64,000 bases of DNA from Phoronis australis. Its lineage: Eukaryota > Animalia > Phoronida. A program made the translations under genes and the position numbers. The notes under the pieces are model-generated. The model was not told where the DNA came from. It saw nothing but the letters and a program-made list of their open reading frames with translations, and searched no databases. The stretch lies in NCBI GenBank assembly GCA_002633005.1, contig NMRA01000115.1, positions 700,622-764,621 of the forward strand, given 5' to 3'. This document shows positions 25,299 to 36,005 of the stretch, one piece after another. How positions within the stretch are numbered: position 1 is the stretch's first letter; every line of letters begins with the position of its first letter.

Positions 25299-27153
25299 AG
25301 TAGCGCATGTTATTGTTCAACGCTGACTGGAACCACTATAAAGGAAATTACTTTAAAAATGGCCGCGCGCTTATAGTTTTAAATATCACAGCTAGGTAAG
25401 TTGTGAGTATAGATTTTGAGTTATGCCAGTTGCTTGAAGACAGTGAAGAACAGAATTTTGTAACTTTTTTTGAATTAGCAAGAGCGATTCAACATTTGTC
25501 ATAACATCAAGTTCATGTTGATTTTGCAGCCCAAACCTTTACACACAATGTCTTGTCCTCATTCAAGCTGGCCAAAATGTGAGTTGATCCTATAACAACA
25601 AGCATATAGGCATCTTGATGTGAATTTTTGTTAAATGAGTTATATTGATGAATGGTTTAAGTTGCTCTCTAAAATTGAAGGTATATAAGCAAGACGTCAA
25701 TGAGAAACCAAAATATGATGACATCATGTATTCAAAATTCAAAACACTGCCAAAATTTTGTGCATTATTTGTATCGTTCTGAGCGATCAAACTACAATTT
25801 GCTTTGTAGGTTTTTCCATGTAATTTTCTGTCTATTCTACAGCACACATCACGAATTTTTGGCCGACCGGTCGGAAATTGGTCGACGGCTGGCCGTCGAC
25901 CGGTCGGTTGCCGACCGGTCGGCTAAAAATTAGCCGACCGGCAGCCGCCCGCAGTGCTGACTCATAAGGCGACTCCCCAGCCGACCCTTCAGCCGACCCT
26001 TCAGCCGACTGGCCATCAGCCGACCAACTGGTCGGCTGCTATTTTTAGGCTACAGTAGCAGTTGCGTAATAGGTTGTCAGGCTGATACCACTTTGCGTGT
26101 CGATGCATATTCGTCTTAGCACAGGGTCAAATAAATTAACCTAGTTCCACTGTCTCCGTTGCATGAGTTTACATCGGTTGTGTAACACCAATAATTCGAA
26201 GGTTGAAGGCCAGCGGTAATATTATTGAATTATGGACAGTGCTACAAGTTTTGGTTAAAAGACGTGAATGTTTTCTTTACATTTGACCTTTAATTTCAAT
26301 CGTGACGTTAACAAGCTGCATTAGATTGGCTGCTTCCTGGTCAATACAACTCTGTAGTCATTTTGTAAACGCAGCTATTTTTGACACTCTTCGCCCACAA
26401 TTGTTTTTTGTTTGTGATACGCAGTACTGCATCTTTTTGCGTTTTTAAAATTCTCCACGGTACTCCTATCACGTGCCCATGATGATGGGATAGTGATTGA
26501 GTTGTTACACCGCGAAGAGCTCTCACTCCGGGGTTTTTATTTTCATATGATTAACCCTTGCCGTACAGAAGCAAACTTCACGGTCCAGAATGCCCTAAGC
26601 CCACGGACTTCGATGACTCTAACTTCATCATAGGGTTACGATTTCCACGAACTTGGACAGTGACATCAAACACGGAATAGCCACTGTTGAGGCTACAACC
26701 AATTCTAGCTTTGCGCATTCCGTTTTTAGGGCATCGGTGACGTTAAAATCAGCGCTACTTACATGTATCAGTTCTTCGTTCACGTTGTTCCAAAAATAAA
26801 TATTTTCTGTCAACAACATATTGACAAATTATGTATAATAAAACAATTCTGAACGGGAAGATGTGAATACGTGGTGAAAAGGTATTTGTCTCAACAAGGC
26901 ATATTTGCGTTAATTTTTTTAAAGCGATTCGATGTCGAAAAAATGATAGAAAATAATCCAAGGTGCAGAATAACTCTTCTGTGCTCGGCTGTAAGAAGAC
27001 CTACAACAACTTTTTGAAACTGCGCTCAATTAAAAGAATTCCAGTATGAGAGCGCTTCATAAGAAATGCCAAGCACATACCGCGTTAAAAGACAGCGACG
27101 TTGGCGTTTCCGGATGCCCATAAAAGTGCTTTGAGCAGAGTGTACAAATCTGT

Positions 27154-27625
27154 TCATTTCGCTTTTCTACACTGACGAATACGCCCAACACGGTGTTTNG
27201 ATGATTTTGCTGAAAAATAATCCACATGATAAACATCAACAACAGCCATTGATGCGTCCCCAAATCTGTCATTAACTGCTTAATTTCAAAAACGTAGCAA
27301 ATGTGACTAAAACATTATTTTCAAATTACTACTAACGTGTTGCATTCCCATATGATGACGCAGGTTGACTATTTGGCGTCACTGGAGTCGGTGTTACTTC
27401 GGGTTGCTTGTTTAAACTTCTTAAGATAATATCCACTTTTTGCTCCAGTCTCGAGAGCTGTATCCCGAGCTCTACTGCCCAAGATGTAGCTGTTTCGTTG
27501 TCGACGTCAAGTGACGTTATGCTACACCCGGGATTTGAAACTGACGGTGGCGTACTCGCTATCGCCTTACTAAAGGAGCATGAGCCTTTCTCTGGTGACG
27601 GGTGAAAACTGCATACTAAATTCAT
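27154..27625 (-). CDS. Putative cargo ORF segment B inside the Tc1 element (Ser/Pro-rich with short coiled-coil-like stretch); unknown family, 5' end uncertain
   Basis: ORF 27625-27337 (...ELGIQLSRLEQKVDIILRSL...) joins in phase via a 61-bp GT-AG intron (27336-27276) to 27275-27154 (LNDRFGDASMAVVDVYHVDYF...CRKAK*). An n at 27199 lies in the last exon. Confidence 0.4.
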
Positions 27626-28591
27626 CTATCAGGTCTTGATCAAAATTCATTTTAAGCTGGTGTTGATTTCTTGCTGATGTCAAATGTTGAAGTGGCCAGC
27701 GGTATACGTAATGTTTAATTTATACAGGTAGAGGTGAAATAATAGTGGCGACAGGTAAGGTGTGTAGGAAATTCTTAAAGAGAATACAACAGATTTTCTG
27801 TCGCTGTGGCTTGTTGTGCATGATCACACACTACGACTTCCTTGAATAGCAATTGGCCTACTTGGTGAGATCAGAGACAAAGATATGCAACATCAGTACT
27901 CTGTAGATTTGCAGGATGGTCATAAATCACAGAGAACACACAAGCATCATTGTGTCAATTGAAATTATTGACACTTTGTCATCTGAGAAGAAAATCGAAT
28001 ATTATCTGCTAAAATTAAAAATCTACAAACAAAGAAATAACTAACATTTACTTAACATGAAGTTGAAAAATCTAAAATTGTTCAAAAACCATATTGTGCA
28101 AAATTTGTTATTGACTAGGTTAAAATATTAGTTGATGTATACCAACGAATGATAAATAGGCAAAAGTGCTCGGTTTTCAAAAAAATCGAAACGTAAGTAA
28201 CAATTTATTATTTACTTTGCCCTTGCTTCTTTTTGTCAAAACATACGTTTAAAGTTTTCCTGGCAATTTGATTTCATGGTGGATAATGCTGCGATAGTTT
28301 TCATAGCGTTGCATAGGCCTAATGGCAAAAGTAAAAGCAGTATTAGAGTATTTCGGTGTGCCTTTATTTAAGAACATTCGACTAAATGGAAGTACATAAA
28401 ACATCAATTGTGTCTACTTTAATGTCAGTGAAGTCCAATCCCAGGCTATTCCATCAATCATAGAAACAGCGCACTGTTATTCCCGTTGTAATCACCGAGT
28501 CCAGCAGAGTTTGTTTATCGAAGGAGCTGTTTGATTAGCGTTATTTACTCATAGGAAACTATACATGTGTGTAAATGGCACGTGGTGGTTT

Positions 28592-29187
28592 TCAATTGTC
28601 GGGTTTTCTGAGGTTATTCCTTAATTCCGGGTGGGACAGCGATCTTGGAATGTTTGACTCCCTTCCTGAGTTAAATTCCTGGGGAACCCGAGAGCTGGGA
28701 TTGACCGATTCCTGTTCAGAGTCAGTTTCTGTTGGGGATGGCGATCTTGACAATCCCGCTTCCCTGTCCGACTCTGAGTCAACTTCTGATGGGTATGCTG
28801 ACATGGACGCGTCTGAGTCTCTACCAGGTGATCCAATGGCCAAAATCTAAAACATTTAAAATGTTCAGAAAGAAGAATTTGTACCACAGCCGACTTGTGA
28901 TTAGTAATCAATAACGTGACATTTTGCGTTTTTACGAAGGTATAATGACACAGTGTTTTTACAGTTTGTCAAAATGATCGTTTAGCGAAATAACACTAGT
29001 GGTTAAGTGACTTTACCCGCATATGTTAATACTGTATCTTCAGACGAAAAATTCAATTTAAAACACAATTGATTAATGCACTTACTGTTATAGATTTAAC
29101 TTTTCGGAATTTGGATATTGCTGCGAGCGGCTCATCATCATCACTTGACTCGATATTTAAATCATTTTCACAATGCTGAGTCGTCAT
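28592..29187 (-). CDS. Putative spliced cargo ORF A inside the Tc1 element, divergent from the transposase; acidic/Ser-rich, unknown family
   Basis: Exon 29187-29086 (MTTQHCENDLNIESSDDDEPLAAISKFRKVKSIT) ends at a consensus GTAAGT donor and joins in frame at TTTTAG| to 28846-28592 (ILAIGSPGRDSDAS...RKPDN*). Confidence 0.55.
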
Positions 29188-29533
29188 TTCTCAGTTTCAA
29201 TCTGTTTATCCAAAGTACACTCAGACAATAAATTCAAATTACATGGGCAATAGACCATTAGCAATCTAATGGACGTTCATCAGAATCCACACGTGATCTA
29301 TACCGCACGCATTGATTCTAGATAATGACACCGAGAAGATCCAATCAACTGTTTGTCTCCTTAAGCGACTGCGCGTGACTTGTTGATATTTATCTCCGAT
29401 TGTCCCCTTTCTTATGCAAAGCATTTTAGTTGTAGCCTTGATGATAAAGCATCAATCGCCGACAATAGCCTTCGCGCCGTACCGGTATTAGCCAGGAGAC
29501 TTGCACTATTGTCATCACTTTGGCTCTTACAGC

Positions 29534-31431
29534 ATGCCTTCCGAGTTGGTAAAACATCGTGTAAAAAAGCTTTGCAATAACTTTACTGCTGGTGAAATAT
29601 ACAACCTCCTTGTTGACGACGGACACAATGTATCAAAAAGGTCAGTCAGATATCTAGTCAGCAAGTTTAGAAAAGGAGAAAGTATTAATCGAAAACCATA
29701 CAAACAGCGTGCGAAAAAACTTAGTGGTCCTGCGCGTGCGTTCATCAACCAACAGATGAAAGAAAATGATGAAACAACTGCCACAGAATTACAAAGGATT
29801 ATAAGAGAGCGTTTCGAGCTTCATGTCTCTGTGATGACTATAGCACGAGCAAGGATACAGCTCGGCTGGACATCTGCAAGATCGCGTTATTGTCAACTAA
29901 TAAGAAACGCCAACAAAGAAAAACGCGTAACATTTTGCAAAGCAATTGAACACGAAGACCTGGCAGGTGACTACTTCAAAGATGTGATATTTTCAGACGA
30001 ATGCTCTGTGGCACTAGAAAACCACACAAGGTTTTGCTTTCGCAAAAGAGGACAGCCAGCCAAACTGAAGCCTAGGCCGAAACACCCTGTCAAAGCAAGT
30101 AAATTAGCTAAGACTTATTATGTTTTAACAATTATGAACATAACAGAAAAACTCAAACAGCAACAAATGAACACAATGTCCATCTTGTAACTATTTGGTT
30201 TTTTTTTAATTTTATGTTTATTTCAAGTATTACTTTGTAAGAATAAATAATTGTTCACTTTTAACTGAAGCTGTTCTCTACTCCAGATGTTGTCGCTAAA
30301 ATAAAAACAACTCAGCTTGGGTATATTATGAGGCTGCTACATTTTTAAAAAGCGGATGATTCAACAAATAGGTCCCACATGTTTTGGATGCAAAAGCGGT
30401 TTAATTTATTTGTCGTAGGCCCTAAATTTATTCGGCAGCGTCCACTGTAAATCAGGATTTGTAACTTAATTTTATCAACATGATGACTTTAGTGATACAA
30501 TGACCATTCCATAATTCGCTATCTACAGGTACACGTTTGGGCCGGCATAAGTATTCGCGGGGCAACGAAGATAGTGGTATTTGACGGTATAATGGACCGG
30601 TTTTCTTACACCCTCATTCTACGAAGGGCTCTGTTACCGTTCATTACATCAAAGTTCCCTGATGGACACTGCTTCCTGCAAGACAACGACCCTAAGGTAA
30701 ATAAAGATAATTAACAACTTTGTAAAATAAAGAGCGATTATTTAACATAAAAAGTATGTTATTGGTTCATAAAAGAAAGCGTGGGAAAAACATCAAAAAT
30801 AGGTAGCCGAGCTAAAAACAAAGTGATGTTATAAGTAACATTACACGTGACCAACCACCCAGTATTACTGTACAAGAAAACATTCGTGACAAATTATTGA
30901 TATCCAAATTGGTTAAGGTTGATGACATTCACTATCATATACATGTAACTTGTGATAATGACAATAACCCTTTATTGACATACTTGCAGAGCTTTCTGCC
31001 GTAGACCTAGAAAGTTCAATACGTTAAAACCAACTTCACGGAAGTAAAAACAATAGTAAAAATGCTGCCTGAGAAAGCAAAATGCCAGTATTAGGACTAA
31101 TGATTTCATGTTGTCAACATGTTGGTAATTAGACTTCGCCATTTTTAAGCACACGTCAAGACACGCGAAGAAGTTTTTGAGGGACAACAACGTCAACTGG
31201 TGGCCCAGTCCTGCAGAAAGCCCAGACTTGAATCCCATCGAGAACATGTGGCATGAGTTCAAGGACTACCTGAGAAAAAAAATCAAACCCACTACAAAAC
31301 AGGAACTCGTCCACAGAATTTGTAGCTTTTGGAAAAGGGTTACCCCGAAAAAATGCGCAAAGTACATACGGCATTTACGGAAGGTTGTGCCAGAAGTGAT
31401 TCGTTGCGGTGGAGCAGCCACCGGATATTAA
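29534..31431 (+). CDS. Tc1-family DD34E transposase, 336 aa, three exons, apparently intact
   Basis: Exons 29534-30094 (HTH region, VIFSDE, KHPVK), 30529-30696 (VHVWAGIS...LQDNDPK) and 31150-31431 (HTSRHAKKF...WWPSPAESPDLNPIENMW...GGAATGY*). 34 residues lie between the second D and E. Intron 1 is GC-AG, intron 2 is GT-AG. Confidence 0.95.
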
Positions 31432-34400
31432 AGTGAAAAAATCAATAACACCCATTTTGTATTTAGAAATTCAATTCTCTGTAAAATCAAAAACAACTGC
31501 AACCAGGATTTATCGCGTCAGGACATACAATTTATCACGCCAGGATATAAAATTTATCACGCCACGACAGCATTGTTTTCATGCTCGGAGACCACGTGAC
31601 CATCCATTATGCAATTATGACAATCCAGTGTGTACCTATACATTGGCATCTGTATTGTAAAACGTGGAGGAGATGAAAGAAATTCAACCGCATTTCCAAG
31701 ATAATACATGTATGTTTGTCGTTTGCGAGATGTTGAACGCTTAGCCCTTGCTTATACATGTAGAACGGACGTTATCTCTTTGAAGGATCAATGCTTGGGC
31801 ATGGTGACGTGGTGTCTTGGCGTGGAAAGTTATTGACAAGGTAGATTTTAGTCTTATTAAATTTTATTAAATTTTCAGTCCTGTTTAATTTTGATCCTGA
31901 AGTGGAGAATTTTTGGTCCTCACGTAATAAATTATAGGTGCTGATGTAATAAATTTTCAGACTTGACGTGGTGAATTTGGTCATGATTTGTTTTTTGGTC
32001 TTCTGTGTGAAAACAATCTCAATGTTTTGATTCTTGCTTAAGTAAAAGTTCTGGTTTTGGGATATTTATTTTTGGTCCTGGAGATGTATAATGTTTTGCA
32101 TAGAAAATATATGTCGTTAAATGTTTCCACACTGGCCTTCCATAAATGTGGGAGAGCAGGTTTTGTAGCATATTACTATGAAACGTCTTATATAAATCTA
32201 GGTGTTTGTGATTTAGTAATACGATGAAAGATGAGTAGTTATGACTATGAAAAATGAGTAGTTGTGGCTTCTTTTGAAATAGCGTATAGTTTGTAGATGC
32301 CTGGTGTAGGTGGCTCAGTGTGATGTTATGTAAGCCTTATTATCCCCTAAGGCTCAACAACTATCTAATGCCGTTCTGGCATGTAATAGAGGTACTCCCA
32401 TGATCATCAAGCATTTGTCTGTTTGTATTCTAATCGGGTGTGCTTCGAATGTACAATTAGCAATCATACTTTTGCAGTGGTTCATAACAAACGGATTCAT
32501 TAAACCCGGTAAATATTTTTTCAACTACCTAGTATCTGCATATTAGGCATGCATATTACTTCATACCTCATCACAGTAAAACTTGTTATCAATCACACAA
32601 CAAACAATTATTTTTATCACTGCCACAAGACGTTAACAAAAGCGGTCAGTGTCTGTAACTGTAGTGTCTACATTGCTGATCAATAAATATCGGTCATAAT
32701 TAATTTTTAGTACACTGATTCATGCAAATGGTTTGAAATCGCGTCCCTTAACATTTTTGACTTGCATTGGTGATCACTAGAATCGATGCAATAAACTTAC
32801 AGTATACAAGTTGTTTTTTAACCTGTGTCATAGAACTGAAATTGGTGTGCCCTTCCGTTTGCCAGTATTCTTTTTGAATCACTGGGTTAGTCATTTTTAC
32901 GTTCTACATGAAAACGCAAACTACCTTCTTTAGGATTACATGCTACGAGTTACCCCGAAAACATTATTTTCAAAGTTTTACGCCTTGGAGTACACGCGAA
33001 ACTCTAAGTATTGTGTTCTTACTCCAAAGGGCTCGGCCTTGGTGCGAAGCTCTTTTTTAAAATAATATACAACTTTGCGCCGTTTTGGGTAAAACTTACC
33101 GAATGTAATTTTCGTTGAGTAATCCAAATTACTTACCGGCGTTGCAAAAATTGCTTTTCTACAATTATTCTCCACCTAAAATTGTGGTGTGATCTTTTGT
33201 ATCGACTTTCGGCGCAATGAAATATTGCGTCACTTATTAGCCAGTTTCTTTTTCCCAGATTCTTCAATCAAACGTTCTCCCTCGAGGTTGCGTAAACGTC
33301 ACAACAAATGATCAGAATTGGTTTCCTTTCATTATGTGTTTATGGAATTTGATATCTGTAAACCGAATTTTAGAACAAATTTTGCTGCGATGTTGTCATC
33401 ATCTAATGGGAGATGTCGAAAAACTTCTGAAAGTGGCGCGTGTCACGAATGTACTACTTTCAAAACGACGACGTACATTCTTCGTTACCAATGCAGAAAA
33501 TTACGCACGAAAATGACGTCGGATATTTTTCGCTTAAACGGCAGTAACGGGCAAGGTGAATGTTAATTGATTTTGCATGCAACCCCGCCGGTTATTAGCT
33601 CATGTTGATGCAACCTTCACGACGAGGTGATGAGCGTAACTATTTGGGCTGTGTGCAATTTCGATGTATGTCAGTGCTCACTCCACATTGCCATCTTGTT
33701 GTATTTTGACTATAGTCTTCTTAGAGCTAGCTGGCTAGATAGGAAGGTTCGAGCTTCGAAACAATTTTTTACTCCGAAAGTGACAACAAATTCAGAATAA
33801 TGATGGATCAGGGATGAAAATATAAGCGATCGCATTCTTCCGTTTCATGCGCCCATGATCTTAATCTCCGAGTCAGCGCTATGTTAAAACCATTGTTTAT
33901 GTTGTTCTTAAAATAAACTTTTGTTCTAATGCTGTACTAACATATTAAAAAAATAAACAAAAATTATCTGTGGTAAAGCGCATTATACAGCGTGATGAAG
34001 TGATGATCAAGAGCAATAACAGATGAGCACGAATAAGTGCTGCTTGTTAAGCATTCCGCGGCATGATAACACTTGAGGTCGTAAAACAGCCAGCGTTGTA
34101 TTCTGAAATTTGGCAATTTCACTGTAAAATTTCAAATTTCTTTCTTGTTTTTATGCATAATATACTGTATAAAAAGTATCATACTAAGAGACAGAAATTA
34201 TGCTTCCGCGGTATCACTTAACGTTTGATTTTATCACGCCGTCAGTAATTCAACATAAAATGTACGTTGGTGTAATATCACATATTTGTAGGTTGAGTCG
34301 ATTTTGACACCTTTCAATAGTTGAACATAAGTTGATAAACCGATGTCAAGACCGAAGTTGCCGCTGCTGAACGAACAGCGAACTGTTCAATGTTTGTTTG

Positions 34401-35214
34401 GCCACCAAAGTTCACCCGCTAAGTCATAAAATGGTAATTGCCAACCAAGGACACGCTTAATCCGAATTGGTCGTCTACGCTAGGCGACCATTTAGCCGAC
34501 CCAAGTGCCGACCACAGAGGCGACTCAGCAGACGGCTCCTAGCCGACCGTTGTTGGTCGGCTGCTGGTCGGCTAGACGACCGGTCGACGGCCGGTCGTCG
34601 ACCAATTTCTGACCGGTCGGCCAAAAATTCATGATGTGTGCTGTATAAAAATACTTCCCAACTGAATTTTAACATAAAAGGTCTTATTTTCAAGGCACAA
34701 TCATTAAGCTGTGTTGTGCAATTACATTGAATTTAAAAAGAGAAAGTTCCAAATAACCAATTATGAATTGATACGCGACTGAAGATGAGAGGCTGAAATA
34801 AGCAGCTGGACGGTCCAACTTCATATATTACCTGGGTAGTCAACAGTTTCTACTGACTTTCTTGTTTTCTGTTTCAATCCAACTTAGCTGTGTAAGAGAA
34901 GGACCATTTGCAAAAAAGTTTATCAAACCACTGTCAACCAGAATATATACATACCAAACTTCTGTTAGAGCTGCATCACACTCAAAACCATGCATCATAA
35001 GTGCTCTCTTGACACAACTGCACTCTCTGATAGCTAAACCAACCTTAACTCAGTATTTGGACATTTGACAAGGCAGTGAAATCTTTTGTTGCAAATTCTT
35101 TGATGTTGTTAATGGAACATGTGTACTCATTCAAATTGGGTGATTTCCTCCCATCGGCCTTTTCAGAACTGCCAAGTCTATTTAAGTTGTATCTTTATTG
35201 AAGAATTCTATCAT

Positions 35215-35490
35215 ATTTTACACATTCAACACACTAGCATGTAAAATTTTACATGTTTGACATGCTAGCGTGTCAAATTTTACACGATTGACTCACAACA
35301 TGACAGATTTTTATACGTTTGACACGTTACCATGTAAAATTTTACACGTTTGACACACTAGCGTGTTATGTTTTTACACGTTTTACTCATAAGCATGGTA
35401 ATTTTGACACGTATTACACGCTTTTTACACGTTTGACACATTTTTGACACGTTTGACACACTCAAGAGCGTGTCAAACGTGTAAAATTCT
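35215..35490. repeat. Degenerate ~30-bp tandem repeat
   Basis: Recurrent TTTTACACGTTTGACAC(A)CTAGCGTGT(C/A)AAA units, ending in an inverted copy at ~35468-35488. Confidence 0.8.
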
Positions 35491-35837
35491 CACCCGGGTA
35501 TTGAGTAAGTTTTTGGAGATTATAAATAATACATTGTAATGGAGCCAACAGATTTTTAATGAATATTTATGATTAGTAAATGATATGTTATTACCGTGGA
35601 ATTCGTAGAAAATTCTTGAGCCTTTCACATATACACTGGGTGGTTCACAATGTCCAATAACGTCACTTATTGGGGACAAATAAAACAACAAGAATATTGG
35701 GAATTTCAGGGTCACAGCTCTACAAATAAATATTTCACAGAAGGAACCAGATGGGTTCCTTAATTACAAGAGGTAACACACACATTTCCGATACCCAAAG
35801 TACAATTGAGTATCGGATGCTAAGTGGCACAGGTTAG

Positions 35838-36005
35838 CATAGTACCAAATGGGTACATAATACCAAATGGGTATTGGCCGATTGCCTACCAACTGGGTCG
35901 AGCAAAACGGCAAATTCAATAACAAGTACCAAGTGGGTACAAACTGCCAAATGGGCAAATATCATATAAAGTACCAAGTGGGTACACCAAATAGCCAACT
36001 GGGCA
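35838..36005. repeat. Short degenerate repeat cluster
   Basis: Repeated (A/G)CCAA(A/G/C)TGGG(T/C) motif, about eight times. Confidence 0.6.

Larger units (their letters stand above)
20790..25363. repeat. Tandem duplication of a ~2.3-kb TE-derived unit (20790-23056 and 23115-25363), probably uncollapsed haplotypes
   Basis: Near-identical sequence and ORF pairs (20858/23183, 21033/23355, 21648/24095, 22146/24443); a single n at 23114 marks the start of copy 2. Confidence 0.92.
25840..34643 (+). mobile_element. Large (8804 bp) Tc1-family DNA transposon with spliced transposase and cargo ORFs
   Basis: TA TSD at 25838-25839 and 34644-34645; ~67-bp imperfect TIRs starting CAGCACACATCA(C/T)GAATTTTTGGCCGACCGGTC; internal DD34E transposase; sister copy with the same ends at 500-4252. 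Confidence 0.93.

Noticed and set aside
29501-30190. 229-aa ORF as a truncated, dead transposase
   Set aside because: The rest of the catalytic domain is present in two downstream exons that splice in frame.
25840-34643. Fanzor/TnpB RNA-guided nuclease cargo in the large Tc1 element
   Set aside because: Some IS630/Tc1 elements carry Fanzor, but I found no RuvC motifs, zinc finger or ORF of adequate length in either arm.
35787-35817. Hairpin TCCGATAC...GTATCGGA as a Helitron end or terminator
   Set aside because: Eight-bp stem only, with no following CTRR terminus and no second copy in the window.
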